Positions 16,302-20,511 of a stretch of 20,511 nt of DNA are shown in pieces. This DNA is from Candidatus Heimdallarchaeota archaeon (GTDB lineage Archaea > Asgardarchaeota > Heimdallarchaeia > Heimdallarchaeales > Kariarchaeaceae), in the NCBI GenBank assembly GCA_015523565.1, contig WAKA01000031.1, positions 1-20,511 of the forward strand. The letters run 5' to 3'. Position numbers and translations under genes: made by a program. Position 1 is the stretch's first letter. Each line of letters begins with the position of its first letter. The notes under the pieces are model-generated. The model searched no databases, was not told the DNA's origin, and worked only from the letters and a program-made list of their open reading frames with translations.

Positions 16302-17630
16302 TTAAACGTTTTTCTTGTTTTTATAGACAGAATAGCCAATGACAATCATGGCAACCGACAGGAAAAGGGAAAAAAATATCCAGCCAAGCATATATTCTTC
16401 ATTTCGGGGGATGGTAAATGTTGCATAGACATTTATCGACCTGATGAAATAATTGGAGATATTCCATATCCACAGTCCAAAACCCAAGGATACTGTCCTA
16501 TATTCATTGGAAGTTGCAACAGGGGGAATTGTCACAGCAAATGCAATGGGAGTTGAGACATTGGTCTCAATCCAATTCCCCCCTACAGTCTCATTCAGTT
16601 TGAAACGATAGCTTGCAATGAGATCGGGATATGAAATATTCTTGGCAGAATACATGTCAGTAAATGTCGATGTGAAATTTCGGATTGTCTCCCTTGTTGT
16701 TGAATTTATATCACCCCATAAGACAGAATAATTGATTGATGACTGTGGGAAAACGACAACAAGCGTACCATTTGCGTTGGAGGGAAAACGAAAGCTGACA
16801 GTTCCAAAGAACTGGAGGAAATCACTGAGGACGACAAAAGAGACGGATCCAGAATCTGAATATTCCCAACTGGTGCCATAGGCAGGACCACCGATAAAGG
16901 AAACTAAAGCCAATAGAAGGAGGAGAAAGGCTTGAAGGGCATTTCGTCTTGGAACATGGACTTGGATTGACGGAAATTTAGGAATCCACACATGGCGAGA
17001 AAGATCATGCTTATTGGCAAAGTCAATAATAAGGGGCACCAAAACAATTTTCAGCCAATATGCAAAAATGACTGCATGTACCATGAAGTCAAGGATGGTA
17101 TACTTGATTTTTGCACTTCCAAAATAGGCAACGCGCTGTTCGGCGGACCAATTGATGAAAAATATGTTTTTGCCGATTTCAGGATCCAGTGGCTTGACGT
17201 CAATGAAAATGCCACCGAATTTGACAATGGCCGTGTTCAGAACCATGACGATGCCACCAGTGACGTCATACAGACGCCTGTCAAGCGGGTAGAAATATGC
17301 AAGTGGTCCAAAGGATGTGTCGAATGCAAGATGGGTTATCCAGAACAGCCCAAAAAGTTTCAGGTAGAAATTGATTTCTTCCCAGTTGGATATCCGTTCA
17401 ATCTTTTCAGGGAGAAAGTAAAGAACAGTCAAGAAGATCAATGGAAAGAAAATGGAATGTGACCATGTCCTATGACCCCCAATCAAAAGGTCAATATCTG
17501 GGAAAAGTGCACCAAGTGCAGCCATCAGAAGATAGAATCTGTTTGAGTCCATGCGTTCCTTGAAGCTTTTTGTGGAAAAGGTACGTACCAGCAGTATTGA
17601 AATTCCCAAATGTGTGGTTCCCCAAGTCAT
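16302..17630 (-). CDS. YdjM-like membrane metal-dependent hydrolase fused to a membrane-anchored extracellular domain (442 aa)
   Basis: MTWGTTH...GALFPDIDL...HRTWSHS...THLAFD...GPLAYFYP metal-ligand pattern. The start is ATG 17630 because the longer ORF would overlap the AKR gene. The C-terminal domain is sequon-rich and ends in a TM helix and basic tail. Confidence 0.88.
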   Translation of the reverse strand: MTWGTTHLGISILLVRTFSTKSFKERMDSNRFYLLMAALGALFPDIDLLIGGHRTWSHSIFFPLIFLTVLYFLPEKIERISNWEEINFYLKLFGLFWITHLAFDTSFGPLAYFYPLDRRLYDVTGGIVMVLNTAIVKFGGIFIDVKPLDPEIGKNIFFINWSAEQRVAYFGSAKIKYTILDFMVHAVIFAYWLKIVLVPLIIDFANKHDLSRHVWIPKFPSIQVHVPRRNALQAFLLLLLALVSFIGGPAYGTSWEYSDSGSVSFVVLSDFLQFFGTVSFRFPSNANGTLVVVFPQSSINYSVLWGDINSTTRETIRNFTSTFTDMYSAKNISYPDLIASYRFKLNETVGGNWIETNVSTPIAFAVTIPPVATSNEYRTVSLGFGLWIWNISNYFIRSINVYATFTIPRNEEYMLGWIFFSLFLSVAMIVIGYSVYKNKKNV

Positions 17631-17774
17631 AACGGATTTAGGGCTTAGACATTCAAAAACATATGCAAGCCAAATTAATTGGTTGGGAATTTGCAAAAGA
17701 ATGTTTTTGGATTTGCATTCATTTGAGCAAATGGTGTAAATAAACGTTAAGTACATAATTGAAGATGAGGGGAT

Positions 17775-18752
17775 ATGGCAGACTATCCAGTTGGAGAACT
17801 TAAGCCTCTGGGAAAGACAGGGATAAAGATCACATCGATTGGTCTTGGGACATGGCAGTTTTCTGGAAAAAAGAGCTTCCATAAGTTTTTTTGGGAAGAA
17901 GTGGATCAAACCCGTGCGGACGAGATCGTAAAAACGGCATTACAATCAGGGATCAACTGGTTTGACACAGCAGAGATCTATGGTGAAGGGAGATCCGAAA
18001 GGGTGCTTGCAACAGCCTTGAAGAACAACAGTGCATCAGATGAGCAAGTGTGCATAGCGACCAAATGGAAACCGTTATTCAGAAGGGCGAAGAGCATCAG
18101 GACTACATTCCACAAGCGTGTGGAAAACTTGGCACCGTATACAATTGACTTGCATCAGATTCATGGACCCTCTTCAATATCCCCATATATGTCGCAGGTG
18201 AAGGAAATGGCAAAAATCATTGCTGATGGCAAGGCAAGAGCCATGGGCATAAGCAATTTCGGCGCAAAAAAAATGATCAAGACAGACGATTATGTTGAAA
18301 AGACACATGGCTTCAATTTGGCAAGCAACCAGATGCCATACAGCCTTGTCAACAGGAAGATAGAGTCAAATGGCGTCATGGATGTTGCAAAAGAGAGAAA
18401 CATCACGATAATTGCCTATTCTCCGCTTGGTCAAGGGTTTTTTGCAGGGAACCTGCTGCAAGACCCTTCAATCATAAAGAAAAAGCCTTTTGCAAGGAGA
18501 AGGGCTTTGAAAAAGCAGTTGAAGAAGGGAAGGAAACTCTTGGAATTGACAAAGACAATAGCTGACGAGATCGGCACATCCATTGGTGCAGTGGCGTTGA
18601 GATGGCTGATCCAATACAATGGAGATACAGTTGTGGCAATTCCAGGAGCGACAAAGCCATGGCAAGTAGAGGAGAATGCAAAAGCGATGAGCATCAGCCT
18701 TTCAACAGAGCAACTGAACGCACTTGAAGAAGAATCACAGCCATTTTTGTAG
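17775..18752 (+). CDS. Aldo-keto reductase
   Basis: IGLGTWQF, NWFDTAEIYG (Asp, Tyr), IATK (Lys), DLHQIH (His), GISNF, IAYSPLGQG and AIPGA motifs; GTTAAGTA 22-29 nt upstream. Confidence 0.97.
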   Translation: MADYPVGELKPLGKTGIKITSIGLGTWQFSGKKSFHKFFWEEVDQTRADEIVKTALQSGINWFDTAEIYGEGRSERVLATALKNNSASDEQVCIATKWKPLFRRAKSIRTTFHKRVENLAPYTIDLHQIHGPSSISPYMSQVKEMAKIIADGKARAMGISNFGAKKMIKTDDYVEKTHGFNLASNQMPYSLVNRKIESNGVMDVAKERNITIIAYSPLGQGFFAGNLLQDPSIIKKKPFARRRALKKQLKKGRKLLELTKTIADEIGTSIGAVALRWLIQYNGDTVVAIPGATKPWQVEENAKAMSISLSTEQLNALEEESQPFL

Positions 18753-18819
18753 GATTTGCCCATCATTTGACCAATCATTGGAGAGAGGCTTTATTTTCAA
18801 AAAAATTCACGGTTGATCC

Positions 18820-20361
18820 ATGAATAACAGATTATTGGAATATGCACGTTCACGAACGGAAGGAGAGTTCTATCAGGAACCTCCAGATTTGGGGAACCAA
18901 TATGAGAAGGATCCCTTGCTTAAGTCATACTTGCAAAAGCATCTACCGAAGGAGGTTTTGGAAAAGGTAGAGGATGAACTAATCAGATTAGGGGAAGATG
19001 CTGTAGGAAGACTGCTGGCGATTGCAGATGAGGCAGAAAACGACGAGCCTGAGCTTATAAAATTTGATGCATGGGGAAACAGGATAGATTATGTGAGAAC
19101 ATCATGGGCTTGGAAGAAACTGAAAGACATTGCTGCGGAGGAAGGCTTGGTTGCAATAGGATATGAACGGGAATTTGGGGAATATTCAAGGATATACCAA
19201 TTTGCAAAAATATATTTGTATACACCCTCTTCAGCAATTTATACCTGTCCCTTGGCAATGACGGATGGGGCGGCAAAAATTATTGAGACATATGCTCCAG
19301 AGGCACTGAAGAACTATTTTGAAAGATTTACCGACAGAAATCCAGAGAACTTCTTTGTTTCGGGTCAATGGATGACTGAGAGAACTGGAGGATCGGATGT
19401 CCAGCCAAGTGAGACAATAGCCATCCATGATGGGGAGACTTGGCGGCTATACGGTCCGAAATGGTTTACATCCGCCATAACTGGTCAGGCTGCAATGACA
19501 TTGGCAAGGATTGTTGAGGAAAGGGGAGGAGAGATAATAAAGGACGAGAGGCTCAGCCTATTTTTCCTTGAGATTTATGGGGAAAACGGTCTTCCAAACA
19601 ATATGGAGATAAACAAATTGAAGGATAAATTGGGGACACGTGCATTGCCCACAGCAGAATTGTTTCTGAAGGGGACACCAGCAATCCTAATAGGGGAAAG
19701 GCAAAGGGGAGTCAAGCAGATTGCAACGATGCTTAACATCACAAGAATGTACAATGCAGTCTCCACTGTTGCATACATGAGAAGAGCCTATGCCATTGCG
19801 GAAAATTATGCAAAAAAGAGAAGGGCGTTTGGAAAGTTTCTGATTGATCATCCACTTCACAAGCGAATATTGGATGAGGCAAGGGAGGAATTGGAGGAAT
19901 GTTTCCATTTGGCGTTCAAGGTTGTGGAACTTCAGGGGAAAGATGACTGCAATACAATCACAGAGGAAGAAAGGCTCTTGTTGAGGCTATTAACCCCAGT
20001 TGCCAAACTCTACACTGCAAAACGCGGTTTTGGAATGATAAGCGAAATGGTTGAGGCGATGGGAGGAGCGGGATATCTTGAGGACACAGGAATAGCAAAA
20101 ATGCTCAGGGATGCCCAAGTCTTTTCCATTTGGGAAGGCACAACTAATGTTCTTTCATTGGATGTGCTTAGGGTGATGAGAAAGACAAAGGCAATTGAGG
20201 TATGGTTGAACTGGATCAAAAGAATGACGGGAAAGCCTGAAACATTGATCAAGAAACTAGAGGATTTGCTAAACCAACAGGAATCTCTCGAATTCAATGC
20301 CAGGGAAATAAGCATGCTAATAGGTAAAATCACAGGAAAAGTGTTAGTGTCCGTTGATTAA
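18820..20361 (+). CDS. Acyl-CoA dehydrogenase, AidB-like subfamily
   Basis: CPLAMTDGA, GQWMTERTGGSDV, GPKWFTSA, LKDKLGTRALPTAE, RRAFGK, EAMGGAGYLE and IWEGTTNVLSLD motifs. Confidence 0.95.
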   Translation: MNNRLLEYARSRTEGEFYQEPPDLGNQYEKDPLLKSYLQKHLPKEVLEKVEDELIRLGEDAVGRLLAIADEAENDEPELIKFDAWGNRIDYVRTSWAWKKLKDIAAEEGLVAIGYEREFGEYSRIYQFAKIYLYTPSSAIYTCPLAMTDGAAKIIETYAPEALKNYFERFTDRNPENFFVSGQWMTERTGGSDVQPSETIAIHDGETWRLYGPKWFTSAITGQAAMTLARIVEERGGEIIKDERLSLFFLEIYGENGLPNNMEINKLKDKLGTRALPTAELFLKGTPAILIGERQRGVKQIATMLNITRMYNAVSTVAYMRRAYAIAENYAKKRRAFGKFLIDHPLHKRILDEAREELEECFHLAFKVVELQGKDDCNTITEEERLLLRLLTPVAKLYTAKRGFGMISEMVEAMGGAGYLEDTGIAKMLRDAQVFSIWEGTTNVLSLDVLRVMRKTKAIEVWLNWIKRMTGKPETLIKKLEDLLNQQESLEFNAREISMLIGKITGKVLVSVD

Positions 20362-20511
20362 TGTGGAACTGAGCATTGAAAACACCAATATTCTTTGTTT
20401 AACAATTAACTTCGTATGGTTTTAAAGCATCACAATCTTTTGTTTAATATTAATCTGTGATAGTTTTTTGGTAAAGCACTATTGTCCGTTGATTAGATCA
20501 TCATGAATGAC

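Noticed and set aside
17631-17909. N-terminal extension of the hydrolase ORF
   Set aside because: It overlaps the AKR gene on the opposite strand, and the family motif begins at Met 17630.

Overview
Archaeal chromosomal fragment, most likely Asgard (Heimdallarchaeia-like). This assignment is an inference from a 7TM protein with a longin/roadblock-like tail, a C-terminally anchored surface protein, a possible Ras-fold relic, GGTGA ribosome-binding sites and TATA-like boxes about 22-31 nt upstream of start codons. Bases 1-17 are Nextera/Tn5 adapter, so this is a contig end. They are followed by a very AT-rich block that contains the 5' end of a Wzx-like flippase missing from the ORF track. The rest is mostly recognisable genes: a three-gene ABC-2 exporter, a peroxiredoxin plus VIT1/CCC1 operon, a transglutaminase-like protein, an SDR, a YdjM-like hydrolase fusion, an aldo-keto reductase, an AidB-like acyl-CoA dehydrogenase and two anchored surface glycoproteins. 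The most interesting signals are: (1) a GC-rich non-coding array of about 11 (G)GCGCC-core motifs at roughly 22-bp spacing, with a 68-bp super-period and dyad symmetry, lying between two divergent promoters at 4.73-4.96 kb; (2) the adjacent 7TM receptor-like protein fused to a longin-like domain; (3) a candidate pseudo-GTPase that keeps the Ras/Rab secondary-structure pattern but lacks all G-boxes; (4) a 17-bp tandem repeat with an AGGGTTAG core. No rRNA, tRNA, CRISPR array or transposase was recognised. All family calls come from reading motifs by eye; no searches were run.
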